Source of the DNA: Marsupella aquatica
Taxonomy: Eukaryota; Plantae; Marchantiophyta
Length of the DNA stretch: 64,000 nt
Reading direction: 5' to 3'
Assembly: GCA_973895155.1 (NCBI GenBank)
Contig: OZ316891.1
Span: 17,234,095 to 17,298,094, forward strand
The translations under genes were made by a program, and so were the position numbers. The notes under the pieces were generated by a model, which was not told where the DNA came from, made no database searches, and saw only the letters and a program-made list of their open reading frames with translations. Shown one piece after another: positions 1-12,663 of this stretch. Position 1 is the stretch's first letter. The number at the start of each line of letters is the position of its first letter.

Positions 1-759
1 TCTTTGTACTTCTCATTTGTAGTCCGGGCTACTGAGCCCCCAAAATTGTGGCTAAAACTACAGCCGGGACGTGGTTTTTGGGCATGTGTAAGCAAACGAG
101 GTTGAACTTTGACAGGGCTCCCAACTAGTTGATCTGCCGCATGTGAAAACGCCCGGGCAGAAAAATGTGGTAGCCAACTCCGTGCACCACAGATTTTCAG
201 TCCGCATCCTGCACTGCAATGTCTTGGCCCAACTGAAGTCCCGTATGGTTCAAAGTTTGAGATGCCCTAATAGGGACTTGTACCAGGAAGAAAAGAGGGT
301 TAGACCAGGACAACAAAACTGTCAGCCAAGGGCCAAGAAGAAACAAGTATTCCCACCACTATTCCCCAATCACACATACCCTGCACAACCTCTTGTGTGT
401 GGAAAGGGGATTTAGCAGGGACCTCTCAGTTCTATGCTAGGTTCTCAGACCAGTTGCTTTAGATATATGGCTTTCAATTCACTACACTACCACCACCCCC
501 CAACAATGTTTTCCTTCGGCACCCACCCCTATGAGGTGAAGGGCACACCAAAGAAGTTTTTAAATGAAATCTCATGGTGTCTCAATCGGGAATGGGGACT
601 ACTCCTACTCATTGTACTTTTCGGTTTATCATTTATCAATGAAATTTTAAAAACCAATACGCTGAAAGAGGGCCTTCAATTGCACCATGGGCGGTTCAGA
701 TCTAGAGATTTTGAGAAAGGCGCTGAGCCGAAAGCAAATCTGGGGAAATCAACCTCACT

Positions 760-1200
760 GGCCGCGTCGGTTATCTAGCGCATTTTAGCGTGCCCGACTG
801 CCCGCCCCCCGGAGCATAGTCCCCGTAAACGCTGACATCCCGGCGTTGTTGCTCTTGCCGGTTATTGGCAGTCGGCGACTATCCCGCCCAGAATGGCGCC
901 AATATTTTATTTTATTATTCATTATTAAATGTATATAATATTCACCGGCGGCTCGGCCCCGCTGCCCGTGTCCGAACCGCCTCGGCTGTCGGCTGGAGCG
1001 GGACGCGGTCAGGGGCAGGAACGAAGACGGGCAGGCAGCGGGGAGGAGAGTGAAGGGATCATGAGACCGGCGGTAGCAAGTGTGGATGAGGGTTTGGGAG
1101 ATGATTCCTCACACGAGGTGCTCCCATACCGGTAGTACCGGTCAGTACTGGGCGAGAGGGGTGAGTCAGTAAAGACAAAACAGACAACCGTCCGTCAGCT
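760..1200. promoter_or_regulatory. GC/CpG-rich island with no identifiable CDS (possible promoter or leader)
   Basis: Sharp rise in GC and CpG content against an AT-rich background, with several CGGGCAG/CTGCCCG motifs. Similar in style to the islands upstream of the kinase and GT8 genes. Confidence 0.3.
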
Positions 1201-3511
1201 CGTCCTTTCGGGGCTCTTGCTTCTGTAGCCCGTTGAGTGACATCGTCACGGTACAGTGGCAACAGCCCTTCGTCGCGATTACTTCTTCTATTCTCCAGTT
1301 TCCAAAAACCAGAGCAGTAATCCAGTGGTCTCTCTATGTAACTCCCTAAGTGCAAACCCTGTATATCTGCAACGTGTCTTGTTCCCTTATTTCCTTGACC
1401 ATTTTTGCACATTTTTGCAGGGCAAAGAGGGCTGTACTAAATGATATATATAAGTGCAAACCCTTGATAAGGAAGGGTAAGCAGAAATCCTTCATAGTTA
1501 GTATCAAATCTTCTTAGCAAAGTAAATTGTGGATTATTTTGTCCTCCCAAAGCTTCAAGGATAGGGGGGTTTAAGGGTAGTTTTGCCATTAGCCCTCCCG
1601 AAAATATTGGTAGAAAGCAAATCCCAATACACTGTCTGGTTGCACTGCTATGTGAGAACTACCAAAGCCTGTGTGGTCCTGTTTGTCGTTTCCATATCCA
1701 GACTTTATAAGGCTCTGCTGAGAATTGCCACTTTGTTTCAATCCACTTTCAAGGTTTGGGACCTTAAGGGCCAGAATGCTTCTTTTAGTTGCCCTTGGTT
1801 CTCACTTTGTATGCTATTAGGCCTGCCTAACTAGGGGGTTGAGGCATACAAATTCAGTCAATGTTGGCATGCTAGGTGTTCAATTTTGGGCCAAAAATTG
1901 AAGGACTCTGTACATACAAGATGACCCTAAGACTGAAATGTACAATTTAAGAGGGAATCGCGAGAAATGTTGTAGCTTTTTTTTTATGAATGCAAATTCC
2001 AATTGGTTGAACTTATGATGTAGTCCAAACCCTAGTTGAGTGCACACGGAGGCTTCATTTGGGATGTTCACTGAGATAGAGATGAAGTAGTAAAGATGAT
2101 TTGGACACACAAATTCACTTGTACCATCACTTGAGATTTTACCACTGGTACGGTAAGACAGTGAAAACTTTGTCCCGAAGATGCCCGAGTGAGCTTTCAA
2201 GAGAGGGGAATAAAGGAATGGATGAGTCGAAGCTATATTAAGTTAGACATTACGTTGTGGATCATTAACTCATGCCATTTTGAGACATATATACGGACTT
2301 AAATAATGACAAGGGGTTCTGAAGATTTTATTTTGTTGCTAGCCGGGAAATTAATATGAAACTCAAAGTCCAAGGGAGAAAGGGAAGCGAAGTATTTCTG
2401 AACACCTGAGGGCTTTAATTTTTTGAATTTTTGAACAACTGAGTGCTTTATTGATGAGCTTTAAGTTTTGACATCCCAATCCAAAGCATTCCATTGGTGT
2501 GAGTACGCACAATGAATGATATATAGGGGAATGGGGAACGCAAACGATCGATACAAATAAATGCCCAAATTTAGAGACATTCTCTGGACCGTTGCTACTG
2601 TTTGCCAGGTGCCTTCAATTCGAGGCCTATGAAATGTGCCGGTTGACATGTTATGTGCTGTCATTCGATTGTCCCAACACAGTGCAGAGGTGTGTATACA
2701 TATTGCCACATCAGTGTGCCTGACTTGGCAAAAAGGTCGCTCACTTGATTATGAGCCACAAGAGATGGTTTTTGTCCAGATTCACTTGTAGGTTTGTGGC
2801 CATGTTTGCTTCATTTTTGCGCCAAAGTTTGAGCGATAGATAGGTGTCAGTACCATGGGAGCAAACAAATTTAGATGCAATACCATACTTTTTCTCGGAA
2901 TTATAGGGAGAAATCCAAAAAAGTCCACCATTTCCCGACCAAATGTTTTCTCTCGCTGGCCAAACTTTGGTTTCAAATAGTTAATTAATTGGGTTTTCAA
3001 AACTTACAAAGACATATGATAGCTTGTCAAAATAAGGCATCAAAATAACCCCTTTTTTTTGAACCGAGTATTGAACACTGCTGCTTGGAGACTTGTATTC
3101 TATTTCTGATTCCGATATTCCTCTTAAGCACCCACCAGGGAACTAAGATTTGAATACAGTCCGCTATCATATGTCTTTGTAGCTTTCTTTCTCAGATATG
3201 AGTCTGTCCTGCATACTCTGTGATGTTGTCATTGTTGGTGTCTAGTTGTTCTCCTCCTCTTGCTTTCCTTGTCAGGAAACGGCTGTCGGAACATCAGTCT
3301 TTTCTTCGTCTTTGGGATATTCATTATCCTCAGCACCTGCAGACTTCTGTCTGACCCTCTTTGTTATCTTGTGGGGATATGTCATCATGGCTGAAATTCA
3401 CGTCTTGACTAAAAGTAGGACTATTTCACAATGGTATTTTTCTGCAACAGATTTGTCGACTGTCAGGACCACAAACAGATGTTTGTTGCATTTCTTTTAC
3501 GACCGTTTTGT

Positions 3512-3679
3512 CTCTCAGGCTTTGTAGTTGCCGTCACACAAACCATTCCAAGTGTCATCATAATCGTTAAAATGACTGTGAAGTTAAGATTGTTTACATG
3601 GCACTCTCAGACTTTGCAGTTGCCGTCATACAAACCATTCAAAGTGTCATCACAATCGTTAATCTGTGAAGTTAAGATT
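3512..3679. repeat. Imperfect direct repeat, about 80 bp x2
   Basis: ctctcagRctttgYagttgccgtcaYacaaaccattc...ctgtgaagttaagatt at 3512-3591 and 3604-3679. Confidence 0.9.
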
Positions 3680-5445
3680 TTTTTTTAAGTCACAACACGT
3701 TCAAACACATGGAGTATGCTGATCATCAGTCATCTATGTGGTCATAGAGGGGTATCTTCCAGGTCACAATTGGGTGTACTAATTGAGACTTTCTTCCTGG
3801 AGTCATCAGTTTTGTAACTCTAAGCGTCATAGGCATGGTTCAGTGGTGCTTAGTCACAATAAAGTCACAAAGACCCATTAGAGTTACTTATTGAGGTCTC
3901 AAAAAGCTGGGGTGTTTTTCTTATAGTGATCCTTACAGTCAAAGTTGTAGGGGGAAAGATCGACTACAGTACAAGCATATGAGGATGATTTTGTTTTTAT
4001 TGGAATAATGGCAGGACAATAGCCTCATTTATGACTAGACCCAATGTTGAAAATCACTGGGGCAAAAGGACCACAGCTACCCAAGAAGACACCCCAGAGG
4101 GAGAGGAGCTCACTACTAAAAGCACTCATTGGTTGAAGCTGTGAACTAATTGATAAAGAATTGGCATGGCACAATAGCCATTTTCGACAAATCAATTGCA
4201 ACCAGAGCAAATCCTCCTCTCTTCATATTGAATCACAGAGCAAACCAAACTGAGGAGACTTAGAACCAACTCATTGAAATGAGCAACCAACTCATTGAAA
4301 TGATGCCATTCAACTAGAGTGGTGGAGCCTCAATGGCAAACTTACTGTGTTTATGGTTACAACACAAAACAAGAAAATCATTTCAAGAAATGATCCAGGC
4401 AACCTGCACATATTGAGGGGTTGCAATACTCAAATTAAGCCAATTTTCACTGTAGCCTCCAAACATTGATTAAAGCAAACTCTAAGTGAAGTTTGCTTAA
4501 TCAAAGTTTGCTTAATATGTAACCCTAAGTGCATTCATGCTTAAATATTATTTGCTGGTAACAAGTTGTTAGTCACCCCACGACACCATTTCTTTGCCAA
4601 ATCTTACTATTAGCAATGAAGCTCAAATGAAGCTCAAGCTATGATGGTTGAGCTGAAATTTCAGCTGAAGTGTGAGCTTGTTTTTAACTTCCAGTTCTTC
4701 ACAGTGTCTCAATCAAATCAAATTTTGAGGTCTATAATGTCTGGTTTGTGAATGTCTGGTTTGTGAGTGATGGGATTTCAGCCACTGGATTTCTTTGCAA
4801 CCCACCATTGTTGAAACCAGTGTGGAGCAATCCAAGAGAGTGTATCTCCATGAACAACCCAGCCTTATCATTGCAATTGATTGGACACACATGACAAAGA
4901 AATCCAGTCTCAGATGTCATGGCAATCAAAGGCAAGCACCTTTGTTGATTTTGGGTGTATCTTTTTCAGTTTTAAAGCAAAGAAAGTAGTGAAAAATCTC
5001 AATTCTACACTAATATTTGCCAACACATGAACTTAGGAAGAGTTGGTCCAAACGATTTAAGATATTGTATACAACAGGAATAGAGCTATGGCCAATCTTG
5101 AATGGCCGGAGAGATAAGAAAATATACAAGTAGATAGATCAGGGCCTTCCAGATTATCAAAAGTTGTTAGATATCTCTGCAAATTAGGGAGCTTGAATGA
5201 AACTGGTCCTTACACTCAACTCTCCTTGAATCATATTCCAAAATTTCATGAAATTGATAAGCACAAGTTAATTTGAATTGCTGCTGCTTGTTTGGCTTTT
5301 CTGCGCCTTTTGACCTGCCTGGATTCCCCATCAGTGGGGTTCATGCCAAAGAAAGTTTCAAATTTAAAACTTGAATTGCTGCTCATTTTAAAATTGTATC
5401 AGAGCTAGAGTCTAGAGATCTCTTTATGCAGAAATTGCACAAACT

Positions 5446-5900
5446 CTAATTTCCCCATTCAAGCCATGTATCAAGGGTGCACTGTTTTGCACTTTCAGCT
5501 TGCTCTTTCGCAATGCTAGCCTTGATAGAATTTAGCTTGTTGATTTCTGTCCAATAATTGCTTGCTTGCTGCCGCATATACTTGGCGAGCACTTTTGATG
5601 CTGCCATGGCTTCATCAAATGTAACTGCTGGTTCCACTGCCTGGAAACTGTCCCCACCCAAATCTTCAATGTCTGTCATGTCCTCCTCCGCCTCCACATT
5701 GACTGGATTGTAGATCAATTTGTCCAAAACTTCATACTCATCAAATGTTGAGGCATACTCAGTGGAATCCATGACTTGAAATTCCTCTGGTGTCATAGTG
5801 ACAGGATATTGCAAATTGTGAAATTAGTTCATTCACCTTCCCATCAACTCCTCTAAATTGGCATTGACCAGTGGTTTGCCACTATTCCTTAGCCACTCCA
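5446..5900 (-). pseudogene. C-terminal fragment of a pogo/Tigger (CENP-B-like) transposase
   Basis: ORF 5446-5814 has an acidic tract, then VTFDEAMAASKVLAKYM, and ends KQCTLDTWL (PIP-box-like Qxx[L]xx-aromatic). This matches the usual tail of pogo/Tigger transposases. A frameshifted coding-like extension runs upstream. No DDE core or TIRs seen. Confidence 0.5.
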
Positions 5901-6053
5901 CAACAACAGTGTTGAGTAGAAGGCACCTAGTGACAACAAATAGTACAAAGCATCCATACAAAGAAGAATTCTTGGCAGAATATCAATGAATATCATTCTT
6001 CAGATTTGAGTAAGATGGGAGTGATAATCTGAACTTAAGATAATTAATGCTCA

Positions 6054-6124
6054 GATGGACCACTCTTATGAACCTTGTAACCCTGATGGACCACTCCTAT
6101 GAACCTCGCAACCCTGATGGACCA
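6054..6124. repeat. 31-bp tandem repeat x2.3
   Basis: Unit gatggaccactcYtatgaacctYgYaaccct. Confidence 0.9.
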
Positions 6125-6799
6125 GGTTACTGTTGACCAAATAACTATGGATTTACAAAAGAAATATGAATTTAATAAGTTGGAAATTTTAAATTTTTTT
6201 GCAGATCATCTGGGTTGGGCTTGTCCAGCATTTTGTCAAATGTTTAGGTCCATGGGTGCTTCAAATTAGCACAAGCTTTCTCAGGGAACACGGAACAAGA
6301 CAGTGATTGTACCTTCAGATTAAAGGCGTTACTGTGTAAACCCATTTAAGAGAAGGAATTATAGATAAAGAATCATTCTATTACAGATTTCCGTGTGTTT
6401 AAGGGCAATATTGAACACAAAGCCAAAGAAATGACGCCCTGGCAACCTCAAAGAACTCCCTCCAATTCAATCGAAATATCTAAGATTATGTCTGTCAAAT
6501 TTTAAAATACTAAGGTATTTATGTAATTTTGACATCTTTTGGGGATAATTTCGTAACCTTTTACAAATTTATTGACCAATTTAGTAAAAGTCAATCACAA
6601 ATCCCAGGTAAAGCTATTCCAAACAAGCACGAGCTCTAAGCTACTTTTGGCCCTCAGCAAAATCATCAATCTCTCGCCTTTCTCGATGTTTTCCACACCA
6701 TCTAGCTCAATCTACTGTAGTACGTCCGAAGACTGCCCAATTTTGGCTGAATCGAGAGCGCGTGGAACTTCGAAGATCTTTGAAACGTGCAAAAATGTG

Positions 6800-8700
6800 C
6801 ATCGGAGTCGGTGAACCGCAGACCGTGGCGTGTCTACCATAGTCGGTGATGACCTGGTGCAGCTACCGGGGTACGTACTACGTAGACTCCTCTAAATTGG
6901 CGGGGGACTCTCAGATCGAGGCGAGACTGGTACCGTACACTACTGTATCGGGACCGGCAACATGGTCGGGACCGACGGTGCGCCAGTCAGGGTGCCCATC
7001 GATCCACGGCTCTCACCACCCAAAAGTTCTAACGCTACAATACGCCGTTCGATCCCTCGACATTCATTCCTCAGTTTCGATCACCGTCTGCCGTAGTAAA
7101 CACGGTGTAGGAGGACTCTTCTACTTACTGTACACCGAGTCACCGTAGCCGGTACAGTACGGTGGTCCGAGGAGCGAAACTGCGTCAAACCCTGGGCCAG
7201 ACAGGCAGGGCGGGCAGCGGGCAGCAGGGCAGCAGGGCCTTCGGTAGCCGTTAAGGAAAGTTCCCTGCCCGCGGGCCAGAAACGTTGGTCCCTACGTGTT
7301 TGCCGCACATTCAACCCGCGGGCGGGTCCCGTGATCTCCGCCTCCTTCGTTCAGGCCGTCGATGGGGGAGCTCCACGGCGGAGATGCAGCTCCGCCGAGG
7401 TGGCGGCGCCCGCTTGACTGGACGTGGCGTGCTCACCACTTCCTCCCGCCAGCCAGCAGGGCTGCCTACAGTCAGTCCTACACGAAGAAGAAGCGTTTGT
7501 ATGAAGGAACACGGGCAGCTGGGCTGGGCTGCAAGTTGCATCGCCTCCGCCGACGCCCGTCACCTGGCCGAAGGCATTTCTGTGCTTTCGCATCTCTTCG
7601 TATCATATCTTCGCGAGGCGTGTCGGGGGCCGGTCATTCGTTCGGGTGAGGCCGTGAGGGAGTGAGTGACGAAGGGCAGGAAGGGCTGGGCCGCTGGGAA
7701 GGGCAGGGGCGGGGCAGGGCACGGAGGGGGACGCAAGAGAGCGAGTTGCTTGCTTCGGGAAGGCTGACCCACCTGACCGCGAAGGAGCGCAGCATCAATC
7801 TTCGGTCATCTTCGGTCAGGGCAGGAGGAGGGGAGGGAGGGAGAGAAGGAGGGAGGGAGAGAAGGAGGGGCACGGGATTGGTTGGTGTGCTGATCGACGT
7901 TGTTGGGTGGAATGAACAGTTCGTGACGGCAGAAATCCATACAAATCTGCAGGGACTGAGATTCCTGTCATTGCCATCAGGAGTACTTCGCGAAAGTGCG
8001 TCCTGGCGGCGTGAGTTTTCAGAGACTTGGAGGGAGGGAGCGAGAGAGCGGAGACTGGAGAAGGATTGCTTATGTGGACGGAGCAGCGGGGCGGCCCACG
8101 AATAGGACGACGAGTGTTGTGACGAGTTATTAGGCAATGCGGAGGTGAGGTGGGGTGAGAGAGAAATTCGGCGGCAGGGAGGAACAACATTGGAGTGGAC
8201 GAGATTTACGAGTCGATTGGAAGGGGATAAACATTGGAGTTGACGAGATTTGGAGGAGAACACTGTATCGGACGATTGGAAGGGAATGCGAGACGAGAGG
8301 AGGTGGAGGGGAAGAGAAGAGAACGTCATTGTTTGGAGCGTTGGGAGAGGAGTTAACTTTGAAGGAGGCGTTCGTGTTGTTGAAAGGGTTGGCGTCGAGT
8401 TAGTGCGGAGATCAAGGAGGTGAGCGGAAAAAGGAGGATGATGCCGGGTTGGGCGTGGTTTAGTCACAATGTGGCGCGCAGGAAACCAGTTGGAAATTCT
8501 CGTGTTCATGGTACGGTGGTGTGCCTGATGCTGATGGCTGCTACTGTGGAGTTTGTTTGAAGGAGAGCTCGTGGCCCACTTTTATTCGTCATCGACGGGA
8601 AATATTTTGAGAAGGAGCAGCAAGGTTTAGTTTAGAGTTTTTTTTCTCTTTTTCGGCTGGCGAAAATACGCAGCGGAGTGGGAGGCAGTGGAGAAGCGGA
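6800..8700 (+). promoter_or_regulatory. GC-rich promoter and purine-rich 5' leader of the WEE1/MYT1-like gene
   Basis: CpG-rich island followed by long GA-rich tracts (7820-7870) upstream of the kinase. An intron acceptor (ctttgcag, 9613) lies 4 nt before the ATG, implying a 5'-UTR intron. Confidence 0.5.
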
Positions 8701-9617
8701 ACGGCTAGTTTTTTATTGGTTGGAGACATTCTGTGGGAGCTTTGGACTAAGGAGTTTCGGAGGAGTAGGTTTTCGGGAGTACTTTATTCACAATCATATC
8801 AATCCCAATGAGGTTAGTTTGGTGGACTTTTGGGGGGGACCTGTCTTCTCTGAGATATCTGCATTGCGAATCCAACACTTGGACCCATGCGTGCATGTGG
8901 ACTTTTGATTTTGATCCTTCTCCAGTAGCTTGCTGTTCTAAAGTTCCGAAGGGTTTACTAGGGCTCCAGGGCATTTTTCTTTTCTTGGGACCTCTCGCCG
9001 GAAATCGCCAACCTCTCTACATTCCTTAATTTTTAATAAAAAGAAGTAAGCGAGAAGGTCTAATCGTAATGTCATTCGTGATGGAGCCGACCTTGGCTTC
9101 GAGTATCGTGAGATCGAGCAATGGTTGCTAAATCTTTGCTCTGGGTATTTATTCCGGGCCTATCACATTCAGTCGGAAACATCTCGGGGTGGTCGATGGA
9201 GAGGCTGTGGTTTGGTGCGTCGTAGCATTTTTAGTGATTAACTTCTTGAAACAATGCGGCCTCCTCGTAGTACTGTAGTAGAGTTCATCTTTTTCTGTTG
9301 CACCGGGACAACCGTCGGAGCCTGCGCCAGTGGACGTGGCACGTTTAGCGCTTGGTGAACAATTTATTTTTCTCTGGTCTCTACTCGTTTCATTTGTACG
9401 AATCTTTACTAGTGGAACACAATCTTCAAAATTGCGAAGCTTTATTTCTCGTCCGGTATCTGTTCTAGCGTTGATCGTAGAGGTCAACGAATGACGATTT
9501 TTGTACTGACGTTCTCAGGGGGAAGGAGTAATTTAGTTTTTGACATATCCCTTATTTTGCTCGTGCATCCTCTCAAACTGTATTGATGCCAACATGTGTT
9601 CCCCTCTTTGCAGCGCA

Positions 9618-12248
9618 ATGCTAGGGGATTCATTCAGTACCTCTACTCATGGGGTACTCACAAGTTCTGCGGCGTCACGAGCGTCAGCTGTGTTCACTGG
9701 CGGTTGTATGGTTGATGCTTCTGCCGCATCAAGTAGGGTGGAGGCGTTGGGTTGCCGGGACTTAGCGGATTGCACAAGCATCAGCTCCCCAATGACTATG
9801 GTTGCCGGCATTACTGAGGCCGCCGCGGCCATGATGATGCGTTCTCCGACTCAAGCTTGTTCAGGGGTGTTTGAGAATTCGCCAATAAGTGTTCTCCAAG
9901 GTACGTCGCCCCGCTAAACTCCACCGCCATCCACATTCTTACAATGTGGACCGGCTCAAGCCTCGAAAACGAAGTTCTTGGTTGACTTTGCGGTTGGAGA
10001 TCTGCTCACGGATGCCTCAGTACGACTACTGAACTTGCTCGCTTCAATATGTTCAGGACTTGGAGAAGAGATCTATACACCGTCTCCTGTTCCGACTGGG
10101 AACAGCGGCTTTGAGGGCGGTGCTACTTTGGCAAATATGGATCTGTTCTTGAACGACGCGTCTTCAAACAACAGTGAAGTAGGAGTTTCCAGAACCACAC
10201 AATCTGACGTTTCCGACGGCGTGGAGTCATTTAGATTGCCACTTCTCAAGATACGGTCTTTTGGGAAGCCACCCCTTTCAGACGAGTCCGGCGTTGCTAG
10301 TTGGAGTGGGCGATTCCGAAGAAGAGAGGTAGGTCTCTTGTGTTCATGTCGGTCTAGCTTTAGAGCTGACCTTCGCTTTAAGGTTTGAGGATGTGTGTTT
10401 AGAGTGAACATGATGTCGAGCTACATCTCGGAGCCTTTAGTATCTTGCATTGTGGCTCCATTTGAGTGCAGCCGCATATAATACACTCATAGCAACGTTG
10501 AAAGTTGCGTATTTGGGTTCAAGCTAACTGAAGGATTTTATTTCTGTTGTTTCTGCAGAGATGTAAAAGTAGCAGTGAGAGTATAAACATTTGCCTGAAT
10601 AAGGATGAAGAAGTTGGGGAAGTAGAGGTCATTCGAACACCTGAGAAAGAAACCAAGAAGATCGATGAAGAAGAAGAGCCGGAGTCTCCCACGACTCCTT
10701 GCTCAGTAGCTAGACCTTTGGTTCTCGAGTGTCCCGATGCTCCATGTGGAAGGTATAATATGCTTTTCTGCTTCTTTTAAATTGGTTTCTTCCTTCGTTT
10801 AGGAGTAATATTTCCCCTTAGTGAAGTAGTGTCATTGCTCCCGACTGTGATGATGTCTCGGGTAGAGAATGCGCACCCGTCATCCAGGATACTTCCTTCG
10901 TCGTGAATGAGTTATCACGGTCTCATCATGCGCAGATTTCTGAGGGTTTAGTTGGTCGTTTTTTCTGTTTCTGTAGTAGGAGTAAGGAGCTTAATCGCCA
11001 GAGCAGCCTGAATGACACGAAGCTGTTAATGACCACCCACTTGAAGAGGAGTGCGAGTATTTTCATGTTTGACAAGCATTTTGAATTTCTTCGAGAAATC
11101 GGCCGGGGTTCATTCAGCACGGTCAGTACAATCCCTGCAAATCCATCTCAAGTGTACAGGGTGACACTTTGGTCCGCAGTGTAATGATCTAGTTTCTTTG
11201 CGATGTGTCTGTGTCTTTGCTTGTGGTTTCTTCCCGCTAAAAGTTGTCATTACCTACTTTTCCAGGTGTACGAGGCTCGGGATAGGAGAAATGGAACTCT
11301 CTGTGCAGTTAAGATGAGTAAGAGACAATTTCGCGGCAGGGATGACAGGGAGCATTACTTGCGAGAAATTCAGAGTGTGGCTTGCCTTTCAGAGCACGTG
11401 AATGTAGTGAAGTATTTTAGAAGTTGGCAACAAGCCTCCCACTTCTACATTCAGATGGAGCTATGTGAAAATGGAAGCCTTCGAAATCTTTTGGATTCTT
11501 TTAAGGATGAGCTCCCGGAAGAGAAAGTAAGTAAAACTTTGCAAGCTGGCTTTCGTTCTCTTTGAATCACTGACAGTTCTATTTGACATCCTACTTTCGG
11601 TATCGGAGTCAACAGATATTCTAAGTGTGTTTTGTGTGCGTGCCTGCAGGTGTGGGACTTCATAAATCAAGTGGCGTGTGGTCTTGAGCACATTCACGCT
11701 CAAGGAGTGCTGCACCTGGACATCAAGCCTGAGAACATTTTTGTGGACAGTGAAGGTATGTTACTTATGATGTTATAATTGTCTGTTAAAAATGGCAACG
11801 CAACCCCAGCTTAGAATGCGAGGTAAGGTTGGCATGTATGTCCATCTAGCTCACATACGAGTCGGGGTTGGAGAGTATTACGAGGATAGCGATTTAAAGT
11901 GGCGGCTGTTCTTGTCACACAGGGGTTCTCAAGATTGGAGATTTTGGTTTGGCGGTTCCAAGGAGATTATGGGAGTGGGAGGAAGGGGATGGAGGATACG
12001 TGGCTCCAGAGTTACTGAGAGAGGAAGAGCCAGGACCTGCGGCGGACATGTATAGTTTTGGAGCAATGGTTTACGAGTGGGCAACGCACACAAAGCTACC
12101 TCGATCTGGACCTCTACGGGAAGGACTTGTAGAACTCCCAGAGGCTCGGTCAAGATCCCTGGAAAATCTAGTCAGAGCCTTACTGAATCCGAATCCGTCC
12201 AAGAGACCAACTGCAACCGAAGTAATCGGCTGGAGAAGAGACGACTAA
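9618..12248 (+). CDS. WEE1: WEE1/MYT1-family CDK-inhibitory protein kinase
   Basis: Exons 9618-9900, 10057-10328, 10559-10752, 10977(or 10980)-11121, 11266-11526, 11650-11755, 11923-12248. All introns are GT-AG with matching phases. Motifs: IGRGSFSTV, CAVK, YIQMELC, HLDIKPENIF, KIGDFGLA and the WEE-family EEGDGGYVAPELL. The N-terminus is S/TP-rich (e.g. RTPEK). Confidence 0.9.
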
Positions 12249-12413
12249 GTTTTTGAGAGGGTTTTCTATGTGTACAGTTGTGCAGAGCCCATCAGGGTTT
12301 GTAAAGAAGACAGAAGCGGAGAACTCCCCTGCCATGTCACGGTATTTTTAGTTGTGTAGGATAATATTACAAAGCCATTATTCTCTGGTGATCATATCAT
12401 TTCATGACCAGAG

Positions 12414-12481
12414 AGGATAATGACAATCTGACTCACTCCCGAGTTGTAGGATAATGACAATCTGATTCACTCCCGAGTTGT
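12414..12481. repeat. 34-bp tandem duplication in the kinase 3' region
   Basis: aggataatgacaatctgaYtcactcccgagttgt x2 with 1 mismatch. Confidence 0.9.
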
Positions 12482-12651
12482 ATCACGAGTATGATATACT
12501 CACATAGCCCATGATTATCTCATCATGATTACCAAATATGAGAATGTCCAATTTTTACCAGAGTCTTTTATCTACTGTACTGTGATGACTCGTTGAATCT
12601 TGTGAAGATCCGTGAAGCCAAACAGTCTCCCTCGGACCTTACACAAAAATG

Positions 12652-12663
12652 TTTCCCGCCAAA
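12652..12663. promoter_or_regulatory. Consensus E2F binding site (TTTCCCGCCAAA)
   Basis: Matches WTTSSCSS on both strands, about 400 bp downstream of the kinase stop codon. Function not demonstrated. Confidence 0.3.

Noticed and set aside
7634-8509. 291-aa ORF on the minus strand and overlapping plus-strand ORFs
   Set aside because: S/P/L-rich or G/R/E-rich low-complexity translations of the GA-rich kinase leader, with no domain motifs.
8508-9613. Possible 5'-UTR intron from ATG|gtacgg at 8510 that would create an overlapping uORF
   Set aside because: The donor site cannot be fixed without transcript data.
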